DNA of 64,000 nt from Bifidobacteriaceae bacterium (lineage in GTDB: Bacteria; Bacillota; Clostridia; Oscillospirales; Acutalibacteraceae), in NCBI GenBank assembly GCA_963642245.1, contig CAVIFY010000002.1, positions 15,345-79,344 of the forward strand, given 5' to 3'. Below the pieces are notes generated by a model. The model saw only the letters and a program-made list of their open reading frames with translations, was not told the origin of the DNA and did not search any database. Below are positions 29,281-38,421 of this stretch, one piece after another. The first letter of the stretch is position 1. Each line of letters opens with the position of its first letter. The position numbers were made by a program, and so were the translations under genes.

Positions 29281-29347
29281 GGATTATTTGTGCAAAAGCG
29301 ACAGTGTGCACCAAAATGTAAGACATTTGTCCACTTTGCAATTTGGC

Positions 29348-29905
29348 TTACAGCCGCAGGGACAAAGATACGGTGTTGTGGCCGTAATCGTAACTCTCCG
29401 TAAAGCCGTATTTGCGGTACATTTTGTACCCGGCGGCGTCCCGGCTGACCCCGCAGCAGGAGAGGTAGTCTACCCCCAGCTCCCGCAAATGACGGCACAG
29501 AGCGTCCATTAAGCGAGTGCCCCACCCCTGCCGCTGATAGGGCGGCAAAATATCCAGGTGGAAGTGCACCGGTCGGTCCTTGATTTTGCCCAGGCACCAC
29601 AGATAACCCAGCAAGCCCGCCGCCTGGTCCGGCGCCGTGCGCAGCACCCGGCGCAAATAGGTGGTGCGGTAGCGGTGCACAAAGCCCCGGTAGTCCGTGG
29701 CGCAAAGAATATACCCCACCGCCCGGTCGTTTTCGTCCGCCAGCACAAAAATATGCCCCGGCTCGCAGGCGGTAAAATAGTCGTTATAAATCAGCGTTAC
29801 CGCCTTCAAGGTGCGCGCATTTCTTTGAAACGGCTTGGCCGCCGTCTCCCGGCAAATTTGGCGCAGCCGGTCCCGGTCCGCCGGGCGATAGGATCGAATG
29901 GTCAT
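29348..29905 (-). CDS. GNAT family N-acetyltransferase
   Basis: 185 aa. The acetyl-CoA binding block is LDILPPYQRQGWGTRLMDAL, and YKMYRKYGF lies near the C-terminus. GGAGG lies 4 nt before the ATG. Confidence 0.8.
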   Translation of the reverse strand: MTIRSYRPADRDRLRQICRETAAKPFQRNARTLKAVTLIYNDYFTACEPGHIFVLADENDRAVGYILCATDYRGFVHRYRTTYLRRVLRTAPDQAAGLLGYLWCLGKIKDRPVHFHLDILPPYQRQGWGTRLMDALCRHLRELGVDYLSCCGVSRDAAGYKMYRKYGFTESYDYGHNTVSLSLRL

Positions 29906-29920
29906 AATACCTCCGGATAT

Positions 29921-29953
29921 AGCAAAAGCCTGAGAGCCGCGCAGCCCTCAGGC
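29921..29953 (-). terminator. Terminator between GPH paralogue B and the GNAT gene
   Basis: On the minus strand: GCCTGAGGG-ctgcgcgg-CTCTCAGGC followed by TTTTGCTAT. Confidence 0.6.
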
Positions 29954-29966
29954 TTTATTGGTTTCA

Positions 29967-31472
29967 TCAGTTGTCTGCGGTTTCTTCCGCCTGGGCGTTA
30001 CGGCGCTGCACCAGCGCTTCCAAAATGGTGCGGTGCTCCTCGTCCGTCATACCGTAGTGGCGCAGCGGAATGATGGACAAAAACAGACCGATGGCCGGTG
30101 GGATAGAACACAGGAAGAACATCATGCCCGCATACTGGGGGAACTGGTCCTTAAAGGACGCACCGGCACGCAGAGCCTCGTTGCAGGCGCTTACATTGTC
30201 GCCGCTAAAGCCCACGATGGAGTAGCCGATACCCTGAATAATGGAGCTGATCCCGGCGGACAACTTGGTAATAAAGGACTGGCCGGAGAAGAACACGCCG
30301 TCCGGGCGATAGCCCTTGTGGTACTCCTCGTAGTCCACCGCGTCGGCGATCATCACGGACTGGAGCACATTCAAAGCGCCCATACCGCCGCCTGCCAGGG
30401 CAAAAACCACAAACAGGATCGCCACCCACAGGGGCTTATCCAGATCCCGGGGCGCCAGCAGGTACACCGGGTAGATCAGGGCAAAGGGAATGGCGCCCAT
30501 AATGGTGGAGCCGATGAGCATACGGGTCTTGTCGTGCTTCTCCGTCAGCTTGGGCACCAGCGCCATGGCGATAAACTGGCCGCCAAAGATGGCGCCGCCG
30601 AAAATGATCATATAGAGCATATAATCGCCAAAGTAGTTGCCGTAGTAGTAAGACATCAGGGTCATGGCAACGGACAGCAAGATCTGAATAGGCGAGCGCA
30701 ACACGCCGCTGATCAGCTGGTTGCGGAAGGGCTTGTTGCCCCACATGATCTTAAAGTTCTCCTTAAACCCGAACTTCTGCTCCGCAGAGGGCACACGCTC
30801 CCGCACAAAAATGCCGGTCATTTGGAACATAGCGCAGCCGATCACCGTTAAGATCACCGCCACGATGATAAAGCCCATTTGCTGGCCCTTTAGTGCGGAA
30901 CCGGCAGTGGTCTCCAACTTCTGCCCCAGTGCCTGGGACAGCGGATTGATGGTCAGCAGCACCACGCCGCCGCCCAGGCCCGCTGCAATACGCGCAAGGG
31001 AGAGAATGGACGCCCGGTCCTTCTCCACCTCCGTCATACGGGAGGTGACGCCCCACAGGGGAATATCCCCTACGGTGTAGCACATACCCCACAGGATATA
31101 AGACACGGCAGCCCAGCCCACGATCAGGGCATTCTTGCCCGGAGAGTTGGCAGAGCTGTACATACCGTTGCAAAAAGTCAGTATGGTAATGACTAAAATA
31201 ATGGCCGGTGAAAACAGCAGATACGGTCGGCACTTGCCCCACTTGGTGTTGGTGCGGTCCACAAAGGTGCCCATCATCGGGTCGTTAATGGCGTCCCACA
31301 CCCGAGCCACGGCCATAAAGATACTGATGGCCATTGCCGGAATAAAGATCACCGACTGGAAGTAGAAATACAGCCCGGTGCCGATGATGTTGTAGATCAT
31401 ATTCTGACCCATCATACCCACCAGGTACATATTCCGTTCCTTAGCCGTATATGTACGCACTTGACTGGACAT
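29967..31472 (-). CDS. GPH:cation symporter family transporter (paralogue B)
   Basis: 501 aa. It has the same ARVWDAINDPMMGTFVDRTNTKWGKCRPY block. AGGGGGA lies 5 nt before the ATG. Confidence 0.85.
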   Translation of the reverse strand: MSSQVRTYTAKERNMYLVGMMGQNMIYNIIGTGLYFYFQSVIFIPAMAISIFMAVARVWDAINDPMMGTFVDRTNTKWGKCRPYLLFSPAIILVITILTFCNGMYSSANSPGKNALIVGWAAVSYILWGMCYTVGDIPLWGVTSRMTEVEKDRASILSLARIAAGLGGGVVLLTINPLSQALGQKLETTAGSALKGQQMGFIIVAVILTVIGCAMFQMTGIFVRERVPSAEQKFGFKENFKIMWGNKPFRNQLISGVLRSPIQILLSVAMTLMSYYYGNYFGDYMLYMIIFGGAIFGGQFIAMALVPKLTEKHDKTRMLIGSTIMGAIPFALIYPVYLLAPRDLDKPLWVAILFVVFALAGGGMGALNVLQSVMIADAVDYEEYHKGYRPDGVFFSGQSFITKLSAGISSIIQGIGYSIVGFSGDNVSACNEALRAGASFKDQFPQYAGMMFFLCSIPPAIGLFLSIIPLRHYGMTDEEHRTILEALVQRRNAQAEETADN

Positions 31473-31494
31473 AAAAATCCCCCTTTACCTCTCT

Positions 31495-31523
31495 ATATTA
31501 CCAGTTTTAACAAAGGAGTGCAA
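31495..31523 (-). promoter_or_regulatory. Promoter TTGCAC-17-TAATAT of GPH paralogue B
   Basis: The reverse complement reads TTGCAC tcctttgttaaaactgg TAATAT. Confidence 0.55.
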
Positions 31524-31574
31524 GCATTATTTGTTAAGTTTGCACAAAAGCGGCAAAAGGGGGCAACCGTCGTT

Positions 31575-32507
31575 TTAGATGTAATAATACCAGTAGCTGC
31601 CGCTGCACAGGGCATAGGACTTGCCGGTGGCTTTTTCCTTGAGCACATACCGGGCAATATAGCGATAGCCGCAGTCGCTGTCTCCCGGCTTTTTGGGTAC
31701 GGTACAGGTGATCTCTATGGAATAATTCTGGTAGTCCGCCACAGTCACCGGCTTTTTCGAGGGTTCGGCATTTTCTTCCTGTGGCTCTGTCTTTGGCCGG
31801 TGGTTGGTGGGGGTCATTTTGCCCTTGTAGTCCAGATGATAGCACTGTTCCGTACCGCCGTCGTTGGTCAGCAGATACGCTGCGCTGTCCGTCCATTCAT
31901 AAAAGTAGCACCGCTCTGTCTCCAACCCGGTTTGCAGCACCTTGTCCCCTGTGGCTGTGCGGGCGTGCAACTCACCTTTGCCGCTTTCGTCGGCACTCAT
32001 ACCGTCCCGGTCCCGGGTGTTGCACAGGTAAAACAGTGTCTCTCCGCAAGGGGCCAGCTCTACTCCATCGCTGGTATTTGGGGTGGCATAAATGCACGCC
32101 ACCCGGTCCTGCTCCATATCATAGGCATACAGGCAAAAGCCCCACAGGGTTTTGTCCGCGGTGGTATAAGCATAGCAGGTAAAATACAGGGTGTTGCCTA
32201 TGCGGCACAGCTGCGCAATATCGCCCACCCCGTCCAGCACCGTGCGGGTCTTGCCGGTCAGCAGGTCATAGGCCATCAGCTTTTGGGGCGTGCCAAAGGT
32301 GTTGTGCGCATCGGTATCCTCCGTGGCATAATAGAATGTATCCGCCGTCAGGTAAATATTGCTTTGGGGCTGAGCCTGGTTCTCCGTCTGCTGTTGCAGT
32401 GGCTTGTCAAACCGAGCGCCTGTCGGCTCAGCAGTATCCGCCTTGCTGCAAGCGCACAGTGCCAATGCCGATACCACACAAAGTAAAAGGGCTAAAATCC
32501 GTTTCAT
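31575..32507 (-). CDS. Lipoprotein of unknown function (Tyr/Thr/Cys-rich, repeat-like)
   Basis: 310 aa from the ATG at 32507. The signal peptide is MKRILALLLCVVSALALCAC with a lipobox-like LALC/LCAC. The body has recurring Y-x-T/L-Y-F motifs that suggest beta-propeller-type blades. No family was recognised with confidence. Confidence 0.6.
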   Translation of the reverse strand: MKRILALLLCVVSALALCACSKADTAEPTGARFDKPLQQQTENQAQPQSNIYLTADTFYYATEDTDAHNTFGTPQKLMAYDLLTGKTRTVLDGVGDIAQLCRIGNTLYFTCYAYTTADKTLWGFCLYAYDMEQDRVACIYATPNTSDGVELAPCGETLFYLCNTRDRDGMSADESGKGELHARTATGDKVLQTGLETERCYFYEWTDSAAYLLTNDGGTEQCYHLDYKGKMTPTNHRPKTEPQEENAEPSKKPVTVADYQNYSIEITCTVPKKPGDSDCGYRYIARYVLKEKATGKSYALCSGSYWYYYI

Positions 32508-32609
32508 ACGATCATCCTTTCTGCCCGGGGGCAACTCCAGTATAGGCAACCGCACGCCCATTTGGCAAGGCACGGTGCGTGGAAATCGCTCCACCCCCGG
32601 TGGAAGAGC

Positions 32610-32652
32610 ACAGAAAAAGGCTCCCCGGCACGCACATAGGCGCCGGGGAGCC
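32610..32652 (-). terminator. Rho-independent terminator after copA
   Basis: GGCTCCCCGGC...GCCGGGGAGCC (11-bp stem) followed on the minus strand by TTTTTCTGTG. Confidence 0.75.
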
Positions 32653-32665
32653 GTCCTTTTTCGTC

Positions 32666-35188
32666 TTAGTCCTTTACGGTATAGCCTTGGTCCTCAATGG
32701 CCTTTTTCAGCACAGCGTCGTCCACATCACCGTTTAAGGTCACCGTGGCGGTGCCGTCTGTGTGGCTGGCAACGGCGCTATCTACCTGGGGCAGCGCCTC
32801 CAGCGCTTTCTTTACCGTCATTTCACAATGCGGGCACATCATGCCCTCCACTTTCATTACTTTTGTCATACCGAAATTCTCCTTTTCCGTCGGCAGTGCT
32901 GCCAGCACCACCGGGTGTTTGATTTTTTTATCCCGCTTGGGGGAATGCAGCTTAAAGAGGTTCAGCCGCAAGGCGTTGGTCACCACGCAGAAGCTGGACA
33001 GGCTCATAGCCGCCGCGCCGAACATAGGGTTCAGGGTCCAGCCGAAAATGGGGATCCACACCCCTGCCGCCAACGGAATGCCGATCACATTATAGAAAAA
33101 CGCCCAAAACAGGTTCTCGTGAATATTGGTCAGCGTGGCACGGCTCAGGCGAATGGCCGCGGTCACATCGCTGAGACGGCTGTGCATCAGCACCACATCC
33201 GCCGCGTCAATGGCCACATCCGTACCGGCACCGATGGCCATACCGATATCCGCACGGGTCAGGGCCGGCGCGTCGTTGATACCGTCGCCCACCATAATGA
33301 CCTTGCCCTGTGCCATCAGGTCGCGCACCACCTGCTCCTTGCCCTGGGGCAGCACCCCGGCGATCACCCGGTCTACCCCCGCCTGCCGACCGATGGCCGC
33401 AGCGGTGCGGGGATTGTCGCCGGTGAGCATTACCACGCAAATACCCATCTTTTGCAGCGCCGCAATGGCCTCCGGGCTGTCCGGCTTGATCACATCGGCC
33501 ACGGCGATCATACCCAGCAGCGCCCCGTCATAAGCAAAGAACAGGGGCGTTTTGCCCTGCTCTGCCAGCGCCGCCGCTTGCTGCTCCATACCGTCCGGCA
33601 CCGGCACCCGGCTGCGCATATAGCTAAGACTGCCGCCCAGCAGCTGCTTGCCGTTCAAAGTGGCTTGCAGCCCATTGCCCGGCAGGGCCGCAAAGTCCGT
33701 GACCGGCTCCGGGGTAATTTGTCGCTCTGCGCCGTATGCGGTCACCGCTTTTGCCAGCGGGTGTTCGCTCTTTTGTTCCAGCGCACAGGCCAGCGCCGCC
33801 AGGCGGCTTTCTTCCACCCCGGGGGCAGGCACCAGGTCCGTTACCTTGGGCGCGCCCTGGGTGATGGTGCCGGTTTTGTCCAGCACCACGATCTGCGCCT
33901 TGCCGGTCTCCTCCAAAGGCACGGCGGTCTTAAAGAGAATGCCGTTCTTGGCGCCCAGGCCGTTGCCCACCATAATGGCTACCGGCGTTGCCAAGCCTAA
34001 AGCGCAGGGGCAGCTGATCACCAGCACGGAGATACCCCGGGCCAGCGCATAGCCAAAGCTCTGGCCGGTAAGCAGCCACACCACCGTGGTCACCAGGGCG
34101 ATCGCCATTACCACCGGCACAAACACACCGGACACCCGATCGGCAATTTTTGCGATAGGCGCCTTAGTAGCGGCAGCGTCGCTGACCATTTGAATGATTT
34201 GGGACAGGGTGGTGTCCTCCCCCACTCGGGTGGCGCGGCACCGCAGATAGCCGGAGGTGTTCACCGTGGCAGCAGACACCGGGTCGCCCACGGTCTTGTC
34301 CACCGGCACGCTCTCGCCGGTGAGGGCGCTCTCGTCCAGCGCACTGCTGCCCTCCAGGATCACGCCGTCTACCGGCACATGCTCCCCCGGCCGCACGGCA
34401 AATTCCATGCCGGTCATCACCTGCTCAATGGGCACCGTGCGTTCCCGGCCGTTCTCCAGCAGCACCGCCGTCTTGGGCGCCAGCTGCATCAGGCTCTTTA
34501 GCGCGTCTGTGGTCTTGCCCTTGGAGCGGGCCTCCAATGTTTTGCCCACGGTGATCAGCGTTAAGATCATGGCGGCGGACTCAAAGTAAAACTCGTGCAT
34601 ATAGTGCATAACGCCGTCCGCATTGCCCGCCACCTGAGCGCCGGTCATGGCAAACAGCGCGTAGGTGCTGTACCCAAAGGCCGCAGCCGCGCCCAGCGCC
34701 ACCAGGGTGTCCATATTGGGTGCCCGGTGCCAAAGGCTCTTAAATCCGCTGACAAAAAAGCGGCCGTTGATGATCATAATAATAATGGTCAGCAGCATTT
34801 GGATCAGCCCCATGGCAATGTGGTTGCCCTCTAAGGCCGACGGCAGTGGCCAGCCCCACATCATGTGGCCCATAGAGAAGTACATTAAGATCAGCAAAAA
34901 CACCACGGAGCTGACCAATCGGCGCAGCAGCTTAGGCGTTTCCGTATCTTTCAGCGGGTCTGCCGACGGCTGCGGGGCAGCATTGCCCTTTTGTTTTAAG
35001 TTGGCGCCGTAGCCCGCTTTCTCCACAGCGGCGATGATCTGCGCCGGGGCGGCTGTGCCGGTCACGCCCATCGAGTTGGTCAGCAAGCTCACCGAGCAGC
35101 TTTCCACCCCGGGCACGGCATTCACCGCCTTTTCCACCCGGGCGCTGCACGCGGCGCAGCTCATACCCGTTACATTATATTGTTCCAA
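32666..35188 (-). CDS. copA: Copper-translocating P1B-1-type ATPase with N-terminal and extra C-terminal HMA domains
   Basis: 840 aa with a TTG start after GGGAGGTGA. The N-terminal HMA is [12 protein letters not shown]. Motifs: [28 protein letters not shown] (FFYNVIGIP), MSLSS. The C-terminal HMA is [15 protein letters not shown]. Confidence 0.9.
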   Translation of the reverse strand: MEQYNVTGMSCAACSARVEKAVNAVPGVESCSVSLLTNSMGVTGTAAPAQIIAAVEKAGYGANLKQKGNAAPQPSADPLKDTETPKLLRRLVSSVVFLLILMYFSMGHMMWGWPLPSALEGNHIAMGLIQMLLTIIIMIINGRFFVSGFKSLWHRAPNMDTLVALGAAAAFGYSTYALFAMTGAQVAGNADGVMHYMHEFYFESAAMILTLITVGKTLEARSKGKTTDALKSLMQLAPKTAVLLENGRERTVPIEQVMTGMEFAVRPGEHVPVDGVILEGSSALDESALTGESVPVDKTVGDPVSAATVNTSGYLRCRATRVGEDTTLSQIIQMVSDAAATKAPIAKIADRVSGVFVPVVMAIALVTTVVWLLTGQSFGYALARGISVLVISCPCALGLATPVAIMVGNGLGAKNGILFKTAVPLEETGKAQIVVLDKTGTITQGAPKVTDLVPAPGVEESRLAALACALEQKSEHPLAKAVTAYGAERQITPEPVTDFAALPGNGLQATLNGKQLLGGSLSYMRSRVPVPDGMEQQAAALAEQGKTPLFFAYDGALLGMIAVADVIKPDSPEAIAALQKMGICVVMLTGDNPRTAAAIGRQAGVDRVIAGVLPQGKEQVVRDLMAQGKVIMVGDGINDAPALTRADIGMAIGAGTDVAIDAADVVLMHSRLSDVTAAIRLSRATLTNIHENLFWAFFYNVIGIPLAAGVWIPIFGWTLNPMFGAAAMSLSSFCVVTNALRLNLFKLHSPKRDKKIKHPVVLAALPTEKENFGMTKVMKVEGMMCPHCEMTVKKALEALPQVDSAVASHTDGTATVTLNGDVDDAVLKKAIEDQGYTVKD

Positions 35189-35216
35189 GTTCTCACCTCC
35201 CGGCGCACAGGCGCCG

Positions 35217-35537
35217 TTATTTCATCAATTTCTGCAAAGTTGCCAGCAGGTCGTCCAGCGTTTCGTCCTTACCGGCCTTAATATCTTCCGCAACACAGGT
35301 GCGAATATGCGTGGACAGCAGTTCTCGGTTAAAGGCATTCAGCGCCGCACCGGCGGCTGCGGACTGGGCCAAAATATCCGTACAGTAGGCGTCCTTCTCG
35401 ATCATACCCTTGATCCCGCGGATCTGGCCCTCAATGCGGTTCAAACGGTGGATCAGCCGCCGGTACTCCTCCGGCTGGCGCACCTTTTTCTTGGCGCAGC
35501 ATTCACAAACCGGCTGCATTTCGTCTTTATCTGCCAT
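35217..35537 (-). CDS. csoR: CsoR family copper-sensing repressor
   Basis: 106 aa. It has [16 protein letters not shown], the C-x...H-x3-C type ligands (YCTDIL ... HIRTC), and operators upstream. Confidence 0.9.
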   Translation of the reverse strand: MADKDEMQPVCECCAKKKVRQPEEYRRLIHRLNRIEGQIRGIKGMIEKDAYCTDILAQSAAAGAALNAFNRELLSTHIRTCVAEDIKAGKDETLDDLLATLQKLMK

Positions 35538-35555
35538 AACAGCACTTCCTTTCCT

Positions 35556-35572
35556 ATACCCCTTGGGGGTAT
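35556..35572. promoter_or_regulatory. CsoR-type operator 1 (ATACCCC-ttg-GGGGTAT)
   Basis: A perfect 7-3-7 GC-tract palindrome lying 19 nt upstream of the csoR ATG. Confidence 0.75.
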
Positions 35573-35581
35573 CTTTAATAT

Positions 35582-35598
35582 ATACCCCCTATGGGTAT
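35582..35598. promoter_or_regulatory. CsoR-type operator 2 (ATACCC-cctat-GGGTAT)
   Basis: A 6-5-6 palindrome lying 10 nt from operator 1. Confidence 0.65.
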
Positions 35599-35655
35599 TT
35601 GTCAACCCCTTTTGGGCAAAAAAATACCGCCCTGCGTCAGCAAGGCGGTTTGCAT

Positions 35656-36093
35656 TTAGATCACATAGGAATATTCATCGTTTTTGTGCTCCTGCTCCAG
35701 CAGGTCTTGCAGGGTAATGCCGTCCAGGTAGGTATTGATGGCCTTGTACAGCCCGGCCCACACCGGCAGCGTGGCGCAGGACGCAGCGCGGGGGCAGGTG
35801 TTCGGCTCCTCCTCCAGGCAGGCCACCGGTGCCAGGCCGCCCTCCGTCAGGCGGAGAATATCGCCCACCGTGTACTGATCCGGCGCTTTTGCCAGGCGGT
35901 AGCCCCCCTGGTAGCCCCGGTTGGTCTTTAAGAAATCCGGGCGGTTGAGCACCGCCACGATCTGCTCCAGGTACTTCTTAGATATATCCTGACGGGCGGC
36001 GATCTCCTTCAGCGACACAAAGCCCTGTTCCCTATGCTCGGCCAGATCCAGCATCATCCGCAGCGCATAGCGCCCTTTGGTAGAGATCTTCAT
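35656..36093 (-). CDS. Rrf2 family transcriptional regulator with three-Cys (Fe-S type) motif
   Basis: 145 aa from the ATG at 36093. The N-terminus is MKISTKGRYALRMMLDLA. The Cys triad is in VACLEEEPNTCPRAASC. Confidence 0.85.
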   Translation of the reverse strand: MKISTKGRYALRMMLDLAEHREQGFVSLKEIAARQDISKKYLEQIVAVLNRPDFLKTNRGYQGGYRLAKAPDQYTVGDILRLTEGGLAPVACLEEEPNTCPRAASCATLPVWAGLYKAINTYLDGITLQDLLEQEHKNDEYSYVI

Positions 36094-36202
36094 ACCGTCA
36101 CATCCTTTCTTTAACCTATAATACCATATATTTAGTAGGTTTTCAATACCCGGGGCAAAAAAAGAGAAAAAGCACCCGACAAACGCCGGGTGCCAAGCGT
36201 GT

Positions 36203-36649
36203 TTATTGCAATTTGGAAATTTCGTCCACAAAGGCGCTGGCGCTGTCAAACTCCTTGTAAACAGAAGCAAAGCGCACATAGGCCACCTCGTCGATCCCCC
36301 GCAGCTTTTCCATAATCAGCTCGCCGATACGCACGCTGGTGACCTCACGGTCCAGGGCGCTCTGCAAGGTGGTCTCGATCTCAGAAATGGCGGTCTCCAG
36401 TGCCTCCACGGTCACCGGCCGCTTTTCGCAGGCGCGGAGCATACCCTTCAGGATCTTGTTGCGGTCAAAGACCTCGCGGCTCTTGTCCTTCTTCACCACG
36501 ATAATGGGCACATCCTCGATGATCTCATAGGTGGTAAAGCGCTTGCCGCACTGCATACACTCCCGGCGACGGCGAATACGCTCGTTCTCGTCGGTGGGTC
36601 GCGAGTCGATCACTTTGCTCTCTGCGTAACCGCAAAACGGACACTTCAT
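36203..36649 (-). CDS. nrdR: Transcriptional repressor NrdR
   Basis: 148 aa. The zinc ribbon is MKCPFCG...CMQCGKRFTTYE, followed by an ATP-cone. GGGGGA lies before the ATG at 36649. Confidence 0.95.
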   Translation of the reverse strand: MKCPFCGYAESKVIDSRPTDENERIRRRRECMQCGKRFTTYEIIEDVPIIVVKKDKSREVFDRNKILKGMLRACEKRPVTVEALETAISEIETTLQSALDREVTSVRIGELIMEKLRGIDEVAYVRFASVYKEFDSASAFVDEISKLQ

Positions 36650-36745
36650 AGTTATCCCCCCTGTTGAAAGATACAGCACTTGCCATAAAATTCTGTACAA
36701 TCTGTACTATACCATAACTGGTGAAAAAAAGCAAGTTTTTTGCCT

Positions 36746-37636
36746 TTACACCTTTTTGGAAGGAGCGGCGCCGTCTGCCTTGCGGTTGTAGAAGAACATC
36801 CACAGCGCCATACCGCAGATCACCGCGTAGCCCACAAAGGACCACACATCCGGCACATCGCCAAACACCAGATAGCCCACAATAGCCGCAAAGATCACCT
36901 GGGCGTAGTCATACACGCTGATCTCCCGGCTGGGAGCGTGGGTATAAGCGGCGGTAATGGAGAACTGCCCACCGGCGGCGCAGGTGCCCGCCAGCAGCAG
37001 GATCACCCATTGCTGCCAGGTCATATAATGGTAGTCAAACAGCAAAAACGGCAGCATGGTCAGGCTGGAAAAGGCAGAGAAGAAGAACACGATCAGCCGT
37101 CCGTTCTCGCCCCGCAGCCCTAAGTACCGCACGCAGGTGTACGCCCCACCGGCACCCATACCACCTAAAAAGCCGCAAATGCTGGCAAACAAATTGGCGT
37201 TGGCAAAGGTGGGTTTGATGATACAAAGCGCCCCTAAGAACGCGCCCACAATGGCAATGGCCTGCTTAGGCCGCACTTTTTCTTTAATGAAGATGGCAGA
37301 GAACACCAGGGCAAAAAAGGGGCTCATTTTATTGAGCATAGACGCGTCGCTGAGATCCAGCCGGTCAATGGCGTAAAAGTTGCCCACCATACCGGCCACG
37401 CCCCCGGCGGAGCGAATAAGCAGGTACTTCAGGTTCCCCGGTTTGGGGCGAAAGCTGTCTTTCTTGCGCACCATCATCACAAAGGCAAAGAGCATGGCCA
37501 CAAAGTTGCGGAAAAAGACCTTTTGCATAGTGGGCAGATCGCCGGACAGGCGCACAAAGGTGTTCATCCCGGTAAAGCACAGCCCGGACAGTAAAATGCA
37601 AAAAATGCCCATGGTCTTGTTGCTGGGTTTAGCCAA
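36746..37636 (-). CDS. EamA/DMT superfamily transporter
   Basis: 296 aa with 10 TM segments in two EamA-like halves. The TTG start is preceded by AGGGGGTG at 5 nt. Confidence 0.85.
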   Translation of the reverse strand: MAKPSNKTMGIFCILLSGLCFTGMNTFVRLSGDLPTMQKVFFRNFVAMLFAFVMMVRKKDSFRPKPGNLKYLLIRSAGGVAGMVGNFYAIDRLDLSDASMLNKMSPFFALVFSAIFIKEKVRPKQAIAIVGAFLGALCIIKPTFANANLFASICGFLGGMGAGGAYTCVRYLGLRGENGRLIVFFFSAFSSLTMLPFLLFDYHYMTWQQWVILLLAGTCAAGGQFSITAAYTHAPSREISVYDYAQVIFAAIVGYLVFGDVPDVWSFVGYAVICGMALWMFFYNRKADGAAPSKKV

Positions 37637-37647
37637 ACGCCCACCCC

Positions 37648-38421
37648 CTACTTGATGGTATCCAGGTACGCCTTGGCCCGCTGCAACTCCGCTGCCACCT
37701 GGTAGCCGCGGGAGTAGATCTCGATCATATAATGCACCCGGTCGCCCAGGGTGCGGTACAGCCGCTGGAAGTCAAAGTTCCCCTGTCCCGGGGGCTGGCA
37801 GTCCTTCTCCGGCGAGTGATCGCTGATGTGCACATGGACGATCTCCTTTTGGAAGGTGTCGAGAAACGCAAAGGGATCCTCCCCGGCACGCACCGCCTGC
37901 TTAATATCCAGCACCATGCGGAAGTCGTCCCCCAGCGCCCGGCGCATACGATCGCAAAAGGCAATGTGCTGGCTCTTAAAACGGTTCACATTCTCCTGGC
38001 ACACGGTGACGCCCTCGGCGCGGCCGATCTCCACCAGCTGCAAAAAGCGCTCAAAATACCGCTCCTCCGGAATGGGTATCTTCGGCTGGGCCACCGCCCC
38101 GTGGATCACCACAAACCGGGCGTCCAGCAGCGCTGCCGCGTGGCAGGTCTCTTTATAAATATCAATGGTATCTTCAAATCGGCGCTGATAATCGCCAAAA
38201 ATGCAGCTGCTCTCCATAAAGCTGGAAAAGGGGTGCACGGACACCACCCGGGTGCCGCCGTCCCGAGCAATGGTCGCCAGCCGGTGCACAAAGGCCGGGC
38301 GCAACTCCTGCCGGGCGTTAAAGAACACCTCGGCAAAGGGAAAGCCCAGTGCCGTCACCTGCTGCAAGGCCCGCTCCGTCTCCAGCGGATAAAAGCAAGC
38401 GGTAGAAGCTCCGGCTTGCAT
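37648..38421 (-). CDS. Xylose-isomerase-like TIM-barrel protein (sugar phosphate isomerase/epimerase family)
   Basis: 257 aa. Blocks: VSVHPF, VVIHG, CQEN, VHVHISD. The ATG overlaps the aminotransferase stop (TGATG at 38419..38423). Confidence 0.8.
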   Translation of the reverse strand: MQAGASTACFYPLETERALQQVTALGFPFAEVFFNARQELRPAFVHRLATIARDGGTRVVSVHPFSSFMESSCIFGDYQRRFEDTIDIYKETCHAAALLDARFVVIHGAVAQPKIPIPEERYFERFLQLVEIGRAEGVTVCQENVNRFKSQHIAFCDRMRRALGDDFRMVLDIKQAVRAGEDPFAFLDTFQKEIVHVHISDHSPEKDCQPPGQGNFDFQRLYRTLGDRVHYMIEIYSRGYQVAAELQRAKAYLDTIK

